Source of the DNA: Eledone cirrhosa
Taxonomy: Eukaryota
Assembly: GCA_964016885.1 (NCBI GenBank)
Contig: OZ024740.1
Location: 279,744,001-279,808,000 of the forward strand
Reading direction: 5' to 3'
Length of the DNA stretch: 64,000 nt
Positions 22,851-37,300 of the stretch are shown here, one piece after another. The notes below the pieces were generated by a model. It saw nothing but the letters and a program-made list of their open reading frames with translations, was not told the DNA's origin and searched no databases. Each line of letters begins with the position of its first letter. Position 1 is the stretch's first letter. The translations under genes were made by a program, and so were the position numbers.

Positions 22851-25800
22851 TTAGGAAGCTGAAGTCCACCAGCGAATGGTGTGCTTCGAAGAAACGAATC
22901 ACAAAAATGCGAATTTGCCGACGGAGTTACCTTTTCGATCGTGGGCCGGCCGCCCGTGGTAGGATCGATCTGTAATTACTGGTACATGTGCAGACACTCA
23001 TTGGCTGTGTGTGGTGTGATTTTCAAGAAAAGCTGCCCATGCTAAATGCGGAAGCTGAAGTCCGGCGGCGAATGGTGTGCTTCGAAGAAAACGAATCACA
23101 AAAATGACTATTTGCCGGCGGAGTTACCTTTTCGATGGTGGGCCGGCCGCCCGTGGTCGGATCGATCTGTAATTACTGTTCTATGTGCAGACACTCATTG
23201 GCTGTGTGTGGTGTGATTTTCAAGAAAAGCTGCCCATGCTAAATGCGGAAGCTGAAGTCCACCAGCGAATGGTGTGCTTCGAAGAAACGAATCACAAAAA
23301 TGCGAATTTGCCGGCGGAGTTACCTTTTCGATCGTGGGCCGGCCGCCCGTGGTCGGATCGATCTGTACTTACTGGTATATGTGCAGACACTCATTGGCTG
23401 TGTGTGGTGTGATTTTCAAGAAAAGCCGCCCATGCTAAATGAGGCAGCTGAAGTCCACCAGCGAATGGTGTGCTTCGAAGAAACGAATCACAAAAATGCG
23501 AATTTGCCGGCGGAGTTACCTTTTCGATCGTGGGCCGGCCGCCTATGGTCGGATCGATCTGTAATTACTGGTCCATATGCAGACACACGTTTGCTGTGTG
23601 TGGTGTGATTTTCAAGAAAAGCTGCCCATGCTAAATGAGGAAGCTGAAGTCCACCAGCGAATGGTGTGCTTCGAAGAAACGAATCACAAAAATGCGAATT
23701 TGCCGGCGGAGTTACCTTTTCGATGGTGGGCCGGCCGCCCTTGGTCGGATCGATCTGTACTTACTGGTATATGTGCAGACACTCATTGGCTGTGTGTGGT
23801 GTGATTTTCAAGAAAAGCTGCCCATGCTAAATGAGGCAGCTGAAGTCCACCAGCGAATGGTGTGCTTCGAAGAAACGAATCACAAAAATGCGAATTTGCC
23901 AGCGGAGTTACCTTATCGATCGTGGGCCGGCCGCCCGTGGTCGGATCGATCTGTACTTACTGGTATATGTGCAGACACGCATTGGCTGTGTGTGGTGTGA
24001 TTTTCAAGAAAGGCTGCCCATGCTAAATGAGGCAGCTGAAGTCCACCAGCGAATGGTGTGCTTCGAAGAAACGAATCACAAAAATGCGAATTTGCCGGCG
24101 GAGTTACCTTTTCGATCGTGGGCCGGCCGCCTATGGTCGGATCGATCTGTAATTACTGGTCCATATGCAGACACACGTTTGCTGTGTGTGGTGTGATTTT
24201 CAAGAAAAGCTGCCCATGCTAAATGAGGAAGCTGAAGTCCACCAGCGAATGGTGTGCTTCGAAGAAACGAATCACAAAAATGCGAATTTGCCGGCGAAGT
24301 TACCTCTTTCTCGATCGTGGGCCGGCGGCCCGTGGTCGCATCGATCTGTACTTACTGGGACTTGTGTAGACACTCATTGGCTATGTGTGGCGTGGATTTC
24401 AGCAAGATATCTCCGTAAAATCAATAGTTGTGGCTGTGTAACCAAACCGTGTTAAACGTCAACAAAGTTGTTGAGCGTAAGTTTGTTTACATTGAACTCG
24501 TGGTGGAATCGATCTGTAATTACTAGTAGATGTGCAGACACACATTGGTCGTGTGTGGTGTGATTTTCAAAAAAAACTGCCCATGCTAAATTAGGCAGCT
24601 GAAGTCTACCAGCGAATGGTGTGCTTCGAAGAAAACGAATCACAAAAATGACGATTTGCCGGCGGAGTTACATTTTCGATCGTGGGCCGGCCGTCCGTGG
24701 TCGGATCGATCTGTAATTACTGGTACCTGTGCAGACATACATTTGCTGTGTGTGGTGTGATTTTCAAGAAAAGCTGCCCATGATAAATGAGGAAGCTGAA
24801 GTCCGGCGGCGAATGGTGTGCTTCGAAGAAAACGAATCACAAAAATGACTATTTGCCGGCGGAGTTACCTTTTCGATCGTGGGCCGGCCACCCGTGGTCG
24901 GATCGATCTGTAATTACTGGTTCATATGCAGACACACGTTTTCTGTGGGTGGTGTGATTTTCAAGAAAAGCTGCCCATGCTAAATGAGGAAGCTGAAGTC
25001 CACCAGCGAATGGTGTGCTTCGAAGAAACGAATCACAAAAATGCGAATTTGCCGGCGGAGTTACCTTTTCGATCGTCGGCCGGCCGCCTATGGTCGGATC
25101 GATCTGTAATTACTGGTCCATATGCAGACACACGTTTGCTGTGTGTGGTGTGATTTTCAAGAAAAGCTGCCCATGCTAAATGAGGAAGCTGAAGTCCACC
25201 AGCGAATGGTGTGCTTCGAAGAAACGAATCACAAAAATGCGAATTTGCCGGCGGAGTTACCTTTTCGATTGTGGGCCGGCCGCCCGTGGTCGGATCGATC
25301 TGTAATTACTGGTATATGTGCAGACATACATTTGCTGTGTGTGGTGTGATTTTCAAGAAAAACTGCCCATGCTAAATGAGGAAGCTGAAGTCCGGCGGCG
25401 AATTGTGTGCTTCGAAGAAAACGAATCACAAAAATGACTATTTGCCGGCGGAGTTACATTTTTCTCGATCTTGGGCCGGCCGCCCGTGGTCGGATCGATC
25501 TGTAATTACTGGTATATGTGCAGACACTCATTGGCTGTGTGTGGTGTGATTTTCAAGAAAAGCTTCCCATGCTAAATGAGGAAGCTGAATCCACCAGCGA
25601 ATGGTGTGCTTCGAAGAAACGAATCATAAAAATGCGAATTTGCCGGCGGAGTTACCTTTTCGATTGTGGGCCGGCCGCCCGTGGTCGGATCGATCTGTAA
25701 TTACTGGTATATGTGCAGACATACATTTGCTGTGTGTGGTGTGATTTTCAAGAAAGACTGCCCATGCTAAATGAGGAAGCTGAAGTCCGGCGGCGAATTG

Positions 25801-28800
25801 TGTGCTTCGAAGAAAACGAATCACAAAAATGACTATTTGCCGGCGGAGTTACATTTTTCTCGATCTTGGGCCGGCCGCCCGTGGTCGGATCGATCTGTAA
25901 TTACTGGTATATGTGCAGACACTCATTGGCTGTGTGTGGTGTGATTTTCAAGAAAAGCTTCCCATGCTAAATGAGGAAGCTGAAGTCCACCAGCGAATGG
26001 TGTGCTTCGAAGAAACGAATCACAAAAATGCGAATTTGCCGACGGAGTTACCTTTTCGATCGTGGGCCGGCCGCCCGTGGTAGGATCGATCTGTAATTAC
26101 TGGTACATGTGCAGACACTCATTGGCTGTGTGTGGTGTGATTTTCAAGAAAAGCTGCCCATGCTAAATGCGGAAGCTGAAGTCCGGCGGCGAATGGTGTG
26201 CTTCGAAGAAAACGAATCACAAAAATGACTATTTGCCGGCGGAGTTACATTTTTCTCGATCTTGGGCCGGCCGCCCGTGGTCGGATCGATCTGTAATTAC
26301 TGGTACATGTGCAGACACTCATTGGCTGTGTGTGGTGTGATTTTCAAGAAAAGCTGCCCATGCTAAATGCGGAAGCTGAAGTCCGGCGGCGAATGGTGTG
26401 CTTCGAAGAAACGAATCACAAAAATGCGAATTTGCCGGCGGAGTTACCTTTTCGATCGTGGGCCGGCCGCCCGTGGTCGGATCGATCTGTACTTACTGGT
26501 ATATGTGCAGACACTCATTGGCTGTGTGTGGTGTGATTTTCAAGAAAAGCCGCCCATGCTAAATGAGGCAGCTGAAGTCCACCAGCGAATGGTGTGCTTC
26601 GAAGAAACGAATCACAAAAATGCGAATTTGCCTGCGGAGTTACCTTTTCGATCGTGGGCCGGCCGCCTATGGTTGGATCGATCTGTAATTACTGGTCCAT
26701 ATGCAGACACACGTTTGCTGTGTGTGGTGTGATTTTCAAGAAAAGCTGCCCATGCTAAATGAGGCAGCTGAAGTCCACCAGCGAATGGTGTGCTTCGAAG
26801 AAACGAATCACAAAAATGCGAATTTGCCGGCGGAGTTACCTTATCGATCGTGGGCCGGCCGCCCGTGGTCGGATCGATCTGTACTTACTGGTATATGTGC
26901 AGACACGCATTGGCTGTGTGTGGTGTGATTTTCAAGAAAGGCTGCCCATGCTAAATGAGGCAGCTGAAGTCCACCAGCGAATGGTGTGCTTCGAAGAAAC
27001 GAATCACAAAAATGCGAATTTGCCGGCGGAGTTACCTTTTCGATCGTGGGCCGGCCGCCCGTGGTCGGATCGATCTGTACTTACTGGTATATGTGCAGAC
27101 ACTCATTGGCTATGTGTGGTGTCATTTTCAAGAAAAGCTGCCCATGCTAAATGACGAAGCTGAAGTCCACCATCGAATGGTGTGCTTCGAAGAAACGAAT
27201 CACAAAAATGCGAATTTGTCGGCGGAGTTACATTTTTCTCGATCGTGGGCCGGCCGCCCGTGGTCGGATCGATCTGTACTTACTGGGACTTGTGCAGACA
27301 TTCATTGGCTATGTGTGGCGTGAATTTCAGCAAGATATCTCCGTAAAATCAATAGTTGTGGCTGTGTAACCAAACCGTGTTAAACGTCAACAAAGTTGTT
27401 GAGCGTAAGTTTGTTTACATTGAACTCGTGGTGGGATCGATCTGTAATTACTGGTACATGTGCAGAAACACATTGGTTGTGTGTGGTGTGATTTTCAAAA
27501 AGAACTGCCCATGCTAAATGAGGCAACTGATGTCCGGCGGCGAATGGTGTGCTTCGAAGAAAACGAATCACAAAAATGACGATTTGCCGGCGGAGTTACC
27601 TTTTCGATCGTGGGCCGGCCGCCCGAGGTCGGATCGATCTGTAGTTACTGGTATATGTGCAGACACTCATTGGCTGTGTGTGGTGTGACTTTCAAGAAAA
27701 GCTGCCCATGTTAAATGAGGAAGCTGAAGTCCGGCGGTGAATGGTGTGCTTCGAAGAAACGAATCACAAAAATGCGAATTTGCCTGCGGAGTTATCTTTT
27801 CGATCGTGGGCCGGCCGCCCGTGGTCGGATCGATCTGTAATTACTGGTATATGTGCAGACCATCATTGGCTGTGTGTGGTGTGATTTTCAAGAAAAGCTG
27901 CCCATGCTAAATGAGGAAGCTGAAGTCCACCAACGAATGGTGTGCTTCGAAGAAACGAATCACAAAAATGCGAATTTGCCGGCGGAGTTACCTTTTCGAT
28001 CGTCGGCCGGCCGCCTATGGTCGGATCGATCTGTAATTACTGGTCCATATGCAGACACACGTTTGCTGTGTGTGGTGTGATTTTCAAGAAAAGCTGCCCA
28101 TGCTAAATGAGGAAGCTGAAGTCCACCAGCGAATGGTGTGCTTCGAAGAAACGAATCATAAAAATGCGAATTTGCCGGCGGAGTTACCTTTTCGATTGTG
28201 GGCCGGCCGCCCGTGGTCGGATCGATCTGTAATTACTGGTATATGTGCAGACATACATTTGCTGTGTGTGGTGTGATTTTCAAGAAAGACTGCCCATGCT
28301 AAATGAGGAAGCTGAAGTCCGGCGGCGAATTGTGTGCTTCGAAGAAAACGAATCACAAAAATGACTATTTGCCGGCGGAGTTACATTTTTCTCGATCTTG
28401 GGCCGGCCGCCCGTGGTCGGATCGATCTGTAATTACTGGTATATGTGCAGACACTCATTGGCTGTGTGTGGTGTGATTTTCAAGAAAAGCTTCCCATGCT
28501 AAATGAGGAAGCTGAAGTCCACCAGCGAATGGTGTGCTTCGAAGAAACGAATCACAAAAATGCGAATTTGCCGACGGAGTTACCTTTTCGATCGTGGGCC
28601 GGCCGCCCGTGGTAGGATCGATCTGTAATTACTGGTACATGTGCAGACACTCATTGGCTGTGTGTGGTGTGATTTTCAAGAAAAGCTGCCCATGCTAAAT
28701 GCGGAAGCTGAAGTCCGGCGGCGAATGGTGTGCTTCGAAGAAAACGAATCACAAAAATGACTATTTGCCGGCGGAGTTACCTTTTCGATGGTGGGCCGGC

Positions 28801-31210
28801 CGCCCGTGGTCGGATCGATCTGTAATTACTGTTCTATGTGGAGACACTCATTGGCTGTGTGTGGTGTGATTTTCAAGAAAAGCTGCCCATGCTAAATGCG
28901 GAAGCTGAAGTCCACCAGCGAATGGTGTGCTTCGAAGAAACGAATCACAAAAATGCGAATTTGCCGGCGGAGTTACCTTTTCGATCGTGGGCCGGCCGCC
29001 CGTGGTCGGATCGATCTGTACTTACTGGTATATGTGCAGACACTCATTGGCTGTGTGTGGTGTGATTTTCAAGAAAAGCCGCCCATGCTAAATGAGGCAG
29101 CTGAAGTCCACCAGCGAATGGTGTGCTTCGAAGAAACGAATCACAAAAATGCGAATTTGCCGGCGGAGTTACCTTTTCGATCGTGGGCCGGCCGCCTATG
29201 GTCGGATCGATCTGTAATTACTGGTCCATATGCAGACACACGTTTGCTGTGTGTGGTGTGATTTTCAAGAAAAGCTGCCCATGCTAAATGAGGAAGCTGA
29301 AGTCCACCAGCGAATGGTGTGCTTCGAAGAAACGAATCACAAAAATGCGAATTTGCCGGCGGAGTTACCTTTTCGATGGTGGGCCGGCCGCCCTTGGTCG
29401 GATCGATCTGTACTTACTGGTATATGTGCAGACACTCATTGGCTGTGTGTGGTGTGATTTTCAAGAAAAGCTGCCCATGCTAAATGAGGCAGCTGAAGTC
29501 CACCAGCGAATGGTGTGCTTCGAAGAAACGAATCACAAAAATGCGAATTTGCCGGCGGAGTTACCTTATCGATCGTGGGCCGGCCGCCCGTGGTCGGATC
29601 GATCTGTACTTACTGGTATATGTGCAGACACGCATTGGCTGTGTGTGGTGTGATTTTCAAGAAAGGCTGCCCATGCTAAATGAGGCAGCTGAAGTCCACC
29701 AGCGAATGGTGTGCTTCGAAGAAACGAATCACAAAAATGCGAATTTGCCGGCGGAGTTACCTTTTCGATCGTGGGCCGGCCGCCTATGGTCGGATCGATC
29801 TGTAATTACTGGTCCATATGCAGACACACGTTTGCTGTGTGTGGTGTGATTTTCAAGAAAAGCTGCCCATGCTAAATGAGGAAGCTGAAGTCCACCAGCG
29901 AATGGTGTGCTTCGAAGAAACGAATCACAAAAATGCGAATTTGCCGGCGAAGTTACCTCTTTCTCGATCGTGGGCCGGCGGCCCGTGGTCGCATCGATCT
30001 GTACTTACTGGGACTTGTGTAGACACTCATTGGCTATGTGTGGCGTGGATTTCAGCAAGATATCTCCGTAAAATCAATAGTTGTGGCTGTGTAACCAAAC
30101 CGTGTTAAACGTCAACAAAGTTGTTGAGCGTAAGTTTGTTTACATTGAACTCGTGGTGGAATCGATCTGTAATTACTAGTAGATGTGCAGACACACATTG
30201 GTCGTGTGTGGTGTGATTTTCAAAAAAAACTGCCCATGCTAAATTAGGCAGCTGAAGTCTACCAGCGAATGGTGTGCTTCGAAGAAAACGAATCACAAAA
30301 ATGACGATTTGCCGGCGGAGTTACATTTTCGATCGTGGGCCGGCCGTCCGTGGTCGGATCGATCTGTAATTACTGGTACCTGTGCAGACATACATTTGCT
30401 GTGTGTGGTGTGATTTTCAAGAAAAGCTGCCCATGATAAATGAGGAAGCTGAAGTCCGGCGGCGAATGGTGTGCTTCGAAGAAAACGAATCACAAAAATG
30501 ACTATTTGCCGGCGGAGTTACCTTTTCGATCGTGGGCCGGCCACCCGTGGTCGGATCGATCTGTAATTACTGGTTCATATGCAGACACACGTTTTCTGTG
30601 GGTGGTGTGATTTTCAAGAAAAGCTGCCCATGCTAAATGAGGAAGCTGAAGTCCACCAGCGAATGGTGTGCTTCGAAGAAACGAATCACAAAAATGCGAA
30701 TTTGCCGGCGGAGTTACCTTTTCGATCGTCGGCCGGCCGCCTATGGTCGGATCGATCTGTAATTACTGGTCCATATGCAGACACACGTTTGCTGTGTGTG
30801 GTGTGATTTTCAAGAAAAGCTGCCCATGCTAAATGAGGAAGCTGAAGTCCACCAGCGAATGGTGTGCTTCGAAGAAACGAATCACAAAAATGCGAATTTG
30901 CCGGCGGAGTTACCTTTTCGATTGTGGGCCGGCCGCCCGTGGTCGGATCGATCTGTAATTACTGGTATATGTGCAGACATACATTTGCTGTGTGTGGTGT
31001 GATTTTCAAGAAAAACTGCCCATGCTAAATGAGGAAGCTGAAGTCCGGCGGCGAATTGTGTGCTTCGAAGAAAACGAATCACAAAAATGACTATTTGCCG
31101 GCGGAGTTACATTTTTCTCGATCTTGGGCCGGCCGCCCGTGGTCGGATCGATCTGTAATTACTGGTATATGTGCAGACACTCATTGGCTGTGTGTGGTGT
31201 GATTTTCAAG
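21500..31210. repeat. About 4-kb block repeated at 5653-bp (29-monomer) offset
   Basis: Offsets 21727/27380, 22200/27853, 23185/28838, 24165/29818 and 25122/30775 are all 5653. Private markers TACCTCTTTC, CGTGGATTTC and TACTAGTAGA occur in both copies. Confidence 0.85.
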
Positions 31211-31369
31211 AAAAGCTTCCCATGCTAAATGAGGAAGCTGAAGTCCACCAGCGAATGGTGTGTTTCGAAGAAACGAATCACAAAAATGCGAATTTGCCGA
31301 CGGAGTTACCTTTTCGATCGTGGGCCGGCCGCCCGTGGTAGGATCGATCTGTAATTACTGGTACATGTG

Positions 31370-34300
31370 CAGACACTCATTGGCTGTGTGTGGTGTGATT
31401 TTCAAGAAAAGCTGCCCATGCTAAATGCGGAAGCTGAAGTCCACCAGCGAATGGTGTGCTTCGAAGAAACGAATCACAAAAATGCGAATTTGCCGGCGGA
31501 GTTACCTTTTCGATCGTGGGCCGGTCGCCCGTGGTCGGATCGATCTGTACTTACTGGTATATGTGCAGACACTCATTGGCTGTGTGTGGTGTCATTTTCA
31601 AGAAAAGCCGCCCATGCTAAATGAGGCAGCTGAAGTCCACCAGCGAATGGTGTGCTTCGAAGAAACGAATCACAAAAATGCGAATTTGCCGGCGGAGTTA
31701 CCTTTTCGATCGTGGGCCGGCCGCCTATGGTCGGATCGATCTGTAATTACTGGTCCATATGCAGACACACGTTTGCTGTGTGTGGTGTGATTTTCAAGAA
31801 AAGCTGCCCATGCTAAATGAGGAAGCTGAAGTCCACCAGCGAATGGTGTGCTTCGAAGAAACGAATCACAAAAATGCGAATTTGCCGGCGGAGTTACCTT
31901 TTCGATGGTGGGCCGGCCGCCCGTGGTCGGATCGATCTGTACTTACTGGTATATGTGCAGACACTCATTGGCTGTGTGTGGTGTGATTTTCAAGAAAAGC
32001 TGCCCATGCTAAATGAGGCAGCTGAAGTCCACCAGCGAATGGTGTGCTTCGAAGAAACGAATCACAAAAATGCGAATTTGCCGGCGGAGTTACCTCATCG
32101 ATCGTGGGCCGGCCGCCCGTGGTCGGATCGATCTGTACTTACTGGTATATGTGCAGACACGCATTGGCTGTGTGTGGTGTGATTTTCAAGAAAGGCTGCC
32201 CATGCTAAATGAGGCAGCTGAAGTCCACCAGCGAATGGTGTGCTTCGAAGAAACGAATCACAAAAATGCGAATTTGCCGGCGGAGTTACCTTTTCGATCG
32301 TGGGCCGGCCGCCAATGGTCGGATCGATCTGTAATTACTGGTCCATATGCAGACACACGTTTGCTGTGTGTGGTGTGATTTTCAAGAAAAGCTGCCCATG
32401 CTAAATGAGGAAGCTGAAGTCCACCAGCGAATGGTGTGCTTCGAAGAAACGAATCACAAAAATGCGAATTTGCCGGCGGAGTTACCTTTTTCTCGATCGT
32501 GGGCCGGCCGCCCGTGGTCGCATCGATCTGTACTTACTGGGACTTGTGTAGACACTCATTGGCTATGTGTGGCGTGAATTTCAGCAAGATATCTCCGTAA
32601 AATCAATAGTTGTGGCTGTGTAACCAAACCGTGTTAAACGTCAACAAAGTTGTTGAGCGTAAGTTTGTTTACATTGAACTCGTGGTGGAATCGATCTGTA
32701 ATTACTGGTACATGTGCAGACACACATTGGTCGTGTGTGGTGTGATTTTCAAAAAAAACTGCCCATGCTAAATTAGGCAGCTGAAGTCTACCAGCGAATG
32801 GTGTGCTTCGAAGAAAACGAATCACAAAAATGACGATTTGCCGGCGGAGTTACATTTTCGATCGTGGGCCGGCCGTCCGGGGTCGGATCGATCTGTAATT
32901 ACTGGTACCTGTGCAGACATACATTTGCTGTGTGTGGTGTGATTTTCAAGAAAAGCTGCCCATGCTAAATGAGGAAGCTGAAGTCCGGCGGCGAATGGTG
33001 TGCTTCGAAGAAAACGAATCACAAAAATGACTATTTGCCGGCGGAGTTACCTTTTCGATCGTGGGCCGGCCGCCCGTGGTCGGATCGATCTGTAATTACT
33101 GGTCCATATGCAGACACACGTTTGCTGTGTGTGGTGTGATTTTCAAGAAAAGCTGCCCATGCTAAATGAGGAAGCTGAAGTCCACCAGCGAATGGTGTGC
33201 TTCGAAGAAACGAATCACAAAAATGCGAATTTGCCGGCGGAGTTACCTTTTCGATCGTCGGCCGGCCGCCTATGGTCGGATCGATCTGTAATTACTGGTC
33301 CATATGCAGACACACGTTTGCTGTGTGTGGTGTGATTTTCAAGAAAAGCTGCCCATGCTAAATGAGGAAGCTGAAGTCCACCAGCGAATGGTGTGCTTTG
33401 AAGAAACGAATCACAAAAATGCGAATTTGCCGGCGGAGTTACCTTTTCGATCGTGGGCCGGCCGCCTATGGTCGGACCGATCTGTAATTACTGGTCCATG
33501 TGCAGACACACATTTGCTGTGTGTGGTGTGATTTTCAAAAAAAGCTGCCCATGCTAAATGCGGAAGCTGAAGTCCACCAGCGAATGGTGTGCTTCGAAGA
33601 AACGAATCACAAAAATGCGAATTTGCCGGCGGAGTTACCTTTTTCTCGATCGTGGGCCGGCCGCCCGTGGTCGCATCGATCTGTACTTACTGGGACTTGT
33701 GTAGACACTCATTGGCTATGTGTGGCGTGAATTCCAGCAAGATATCTCCGTAAAATCAATAGTTGTGGCTGTGTAACCAAACCGTGTTAAACGTCAACAA
33801 AGTTGTTGAGCGTAAGTTTGTTTACATTGAACTCGTGGTGGAATCGATCTGTAATTACTGGTACATGTGCAGACACGCATTGGTCGTGTGTGGTGTGATT
33901 TTCAAAAAAAACTGCCCATGCTAAATTAGGCAGCTGAAGTCTACCAGCGAATGGTGTGCTTCGAAGAAAACGAATCACAAAAATGACGATTTGCCGGCGG
34001 AGTTACATTTTCGATCGTGGGCCGGCCGCCCGTGGTCGGATCGATCTGTAATTACTGGTCCATATGCAGACACACGTTTGCTGTGTGTGGTGTGATTTTC
34101 AAGAAAAGCTTCCCATGCTAAATGAGGAAGCTGAAGTCCACCAGCGAATGGTGTGCTTCGAAGAAACGAATCACAAAAATGCGAATTTGCCGGCGGAGTT
34201 ACCTTTTCGATCGTGGGCCGGCCGCCCGTGGTCGGATCGATCTGTACTTACTGGTGTATGTGCAGACACTCATTGGCTGTGTGTGGTGTGATTTTCAAGA

Positions 34301-37300
34301 AAAGCTGCCCATGCTAAATGAGGCAGCTGAAGTCCACCAGCGAATGGTGTGCTTCGAAGAAACGAATCACAAAAATGCGAATTTGCCGGCGGAGTTACCT
34401 TATCGATCGTGGGCCGGCCGCCCGTGGTCGGATCGATCTGTACTTACTGGTATATGTGCAGACACGCATTGGCTGTGTGTGGTGTGATTTTCAAGAAAGG
34501 CTGCCCATGCTAAATGAGGCAGCTGAAGTCCACCAGCGAATGGTGTGCTTCGAAGAAACGAATCACAAAAATGCGAATTTGCCGGCGGAGTTACCTTTTC
34601 GATCGTGGGCCGGCCGCCTATGGTCGGACCGATCTGTAATTACTGGTCCCTGTGCAGACACACATTTGCTGTGTGTGGTGTGATTTTCAAAAAAAGCTGC
34701 CCATGCTAAATGCGGAAGCTGAAGTCCACCAGCGAATGGTGTGCTTCGAAGAAACGAATCACAAAAATGCGAATTTGCCGGCGGAGTTACCTTTTTCTCG
34801 ATCGTGGGCCGGCCGCCCGTGGTCGCATCGATCTGTACTTACTGGGACATGTGTAGACACTCATTGGCTATGTGTGGCGTGAATTTCAGCAAGATATCTC
34901 CGTAAAATCAATAGTTGTGGCTGTGTAACCAAACCGTGTTAAACGTCAACAAAGTTGTTGAGCGTAAGTTTGTTTACATTGAACTCGTGGTGGAATCGAT
35001 CTGTAATTACTGGTACATGTGCAGACACACATTGGTCGTGTGTGGTGTGATTTTCAAAAAAAACTGCCCATGCTAAATTAGGCAGCTGAAGTCTACCAGC
35101 GAATGGTGTGCTTCGAAGAAAACGAATCACAAAAATGACGATTTGCCGGCGGAGTTACATTTTCGATCGTGGGCCGGCCGCCCGTGGTCGGATCGATCTG
35201 TAATTACTGGTCCATATGCAGACACACGTTTGCTGTGTGTGGTGTGATTTTCAAGAAAAGCTGCCCATGCTAAATGAGGAAGCTGAAGTCCACCAGCGAA
35301 TGGTGTGCTTCGAAGAAACGAATCACAAAAATGCGAATTTGCCGGCGGAGTTACCTTTTCGATGGTGGGCCGGCCGCCCGTGGTCGGATCGATCTGTACT
35401 TACTGGTGTATGTGCAGACACTCATTGGCTGTGTGTGGTGTGATTTTCAAGAAAAGCTGCCCATGCTAAATGAGGCAGCTGAAGTCCACCAGCGAATGGT
35501 GTGCTTCGAAGAAACGAATCACAAAAATGCGAATTTGCCGGCGGAGTTACCTTATCGATCGTGGGCCGGCCGCCCGTGGTCGGATCGATCTGTACTTACT
35601 GGTATATGTGCAGACACGCATTGGCTGTGTGTGGTGTGATTTTCAAGAAAGGCTGCCCATGCTAAATGAGGCAGCTGAAGTCCACCAGCGAATGGTGTGC
35701 TTCGAAGAAACGAATCACAAAAATGCGAATTTGCCGGCGGAGTTACCTTTTCGATCGTGGGCCGGCCGCCTATGGTCGGATCGATCTGTAATTACTGGTC
35801 CATATGCAGACACACGTTTGCTGTGTGTGGTGTGATTTTCAAGAAAAGCTGCCCATGCTAAATGAGGAAGCTGAAGTCCACCAGCGAATGGTGTGCTTCG
35901 AAGAAACGAATCACAAAAATGCGAATTTGCCGGCGGAGTTACCTTTTCGATTGTGGGCCGGCCGCCCGTGGTCGGATCGATCTGTAATTACTGGTATATG
36001 TGCAGACATACATTTGCTGTGTGTGGTGTGATTTTCAAGAAAAACTGCCCATGGTAAATGAGGAAGCTGAAGTCCGGCGGCGAATTGTGTGCTTCGAAGA
36101 AAACGAATCACAAAAATGACTATTTGCCGGCGGAGTTACATTTTTCTCGATCTTGGGCCGGCCGCCCGTGGTCGGATCGATCTGTAATTACTGGTATATG
36201 TGCAGACACTCATTGGCTGTGTGTGGTGTGATTTTCAAGAAAAGCTTCCCATGCTAAATGAGGAAGCTGAAGTCCACCAGCGAATGGTGTGTTTCGAAGA
36301 AACGAATCACAAAAATGCGAATTTGCCGACGGAGTTACCTTTTCGATCGTGGGCCGGCCGCCCGTGGTAGGATCGATCTGTAATTACTGGTACATGTGCA
36401 GACACTCATTGGCTGTGTGTGGTGTGATTTTCAAGAAAAGCTGCCCATGCTAAATGCGGAAGCTGAAGTCCGGCGGCGAATGGTGTGCTTCGAAGAAAAC
36501 GAATCACAAAAATGACTATTTGCCGGCGGAGTTACCTTTTCGATGGTGGGCCGGCCGCCCGTGGTCGGATCGATCTGTAATTACTGTTCTATGTGCAGAC
36601 ACTCATTGGCTGTGTGTGGTGTGATTTTCAAGAAAAGCTGCCCATATTAAATGCGGAAGCTGAAGTCCACCAGCGAATGGTGTGCTTCGAAGAAACGAAT
36701 CACAAAAATGCGAATTTGCCGGCGGAGTTACCTTTTCGATCGTGGGCCGGCCGCCCGTGGTCGGATCGATCTGTACTTACTGGTATATGTGCAGACACTC
36801 ATTGGCTGTGTGTGGTGTCATTTTCAAGAAAAGCTGCCCATGCTAAATGAGGCAGCTGAAGTCCACCAGCGAATGGTGTGCTTCGAAGAAACGAATCACA
36901 AAAATGCGAATTTGCCGGCGGAGTTACCTTATCGATCGTGGGCCGGCCGCCCGTGGTCGGATCGATCTGTACTTACTGGTATATGTGCAGACACGCATTG
37001 GCTGTGTGTGGTGTGATTTTCAAGAAAGGCTGCCCATGCTAAATGAGGCAGCTGAAGTCCACCAGCGAATGGTGTGCTTCGAAGAAACGAATCACAAAAA
37101 TGCGAATTTGCCGGCGGAGTTACCTTTTCGATCGTGGGCCGGCCGCCTATGGTCGGATCGATCTGTAATTACTGGTCCATATGCAGACACACGTTTGCTG
37201 TGTGTGGTGTGATTTTCAAGAAAAGCTGCCCATGCTAAATGAGGAAGCTGAAGTCCACCAGCGAATGGTGTGCTTCGAAGAAACGAATCACAAAAATGCG

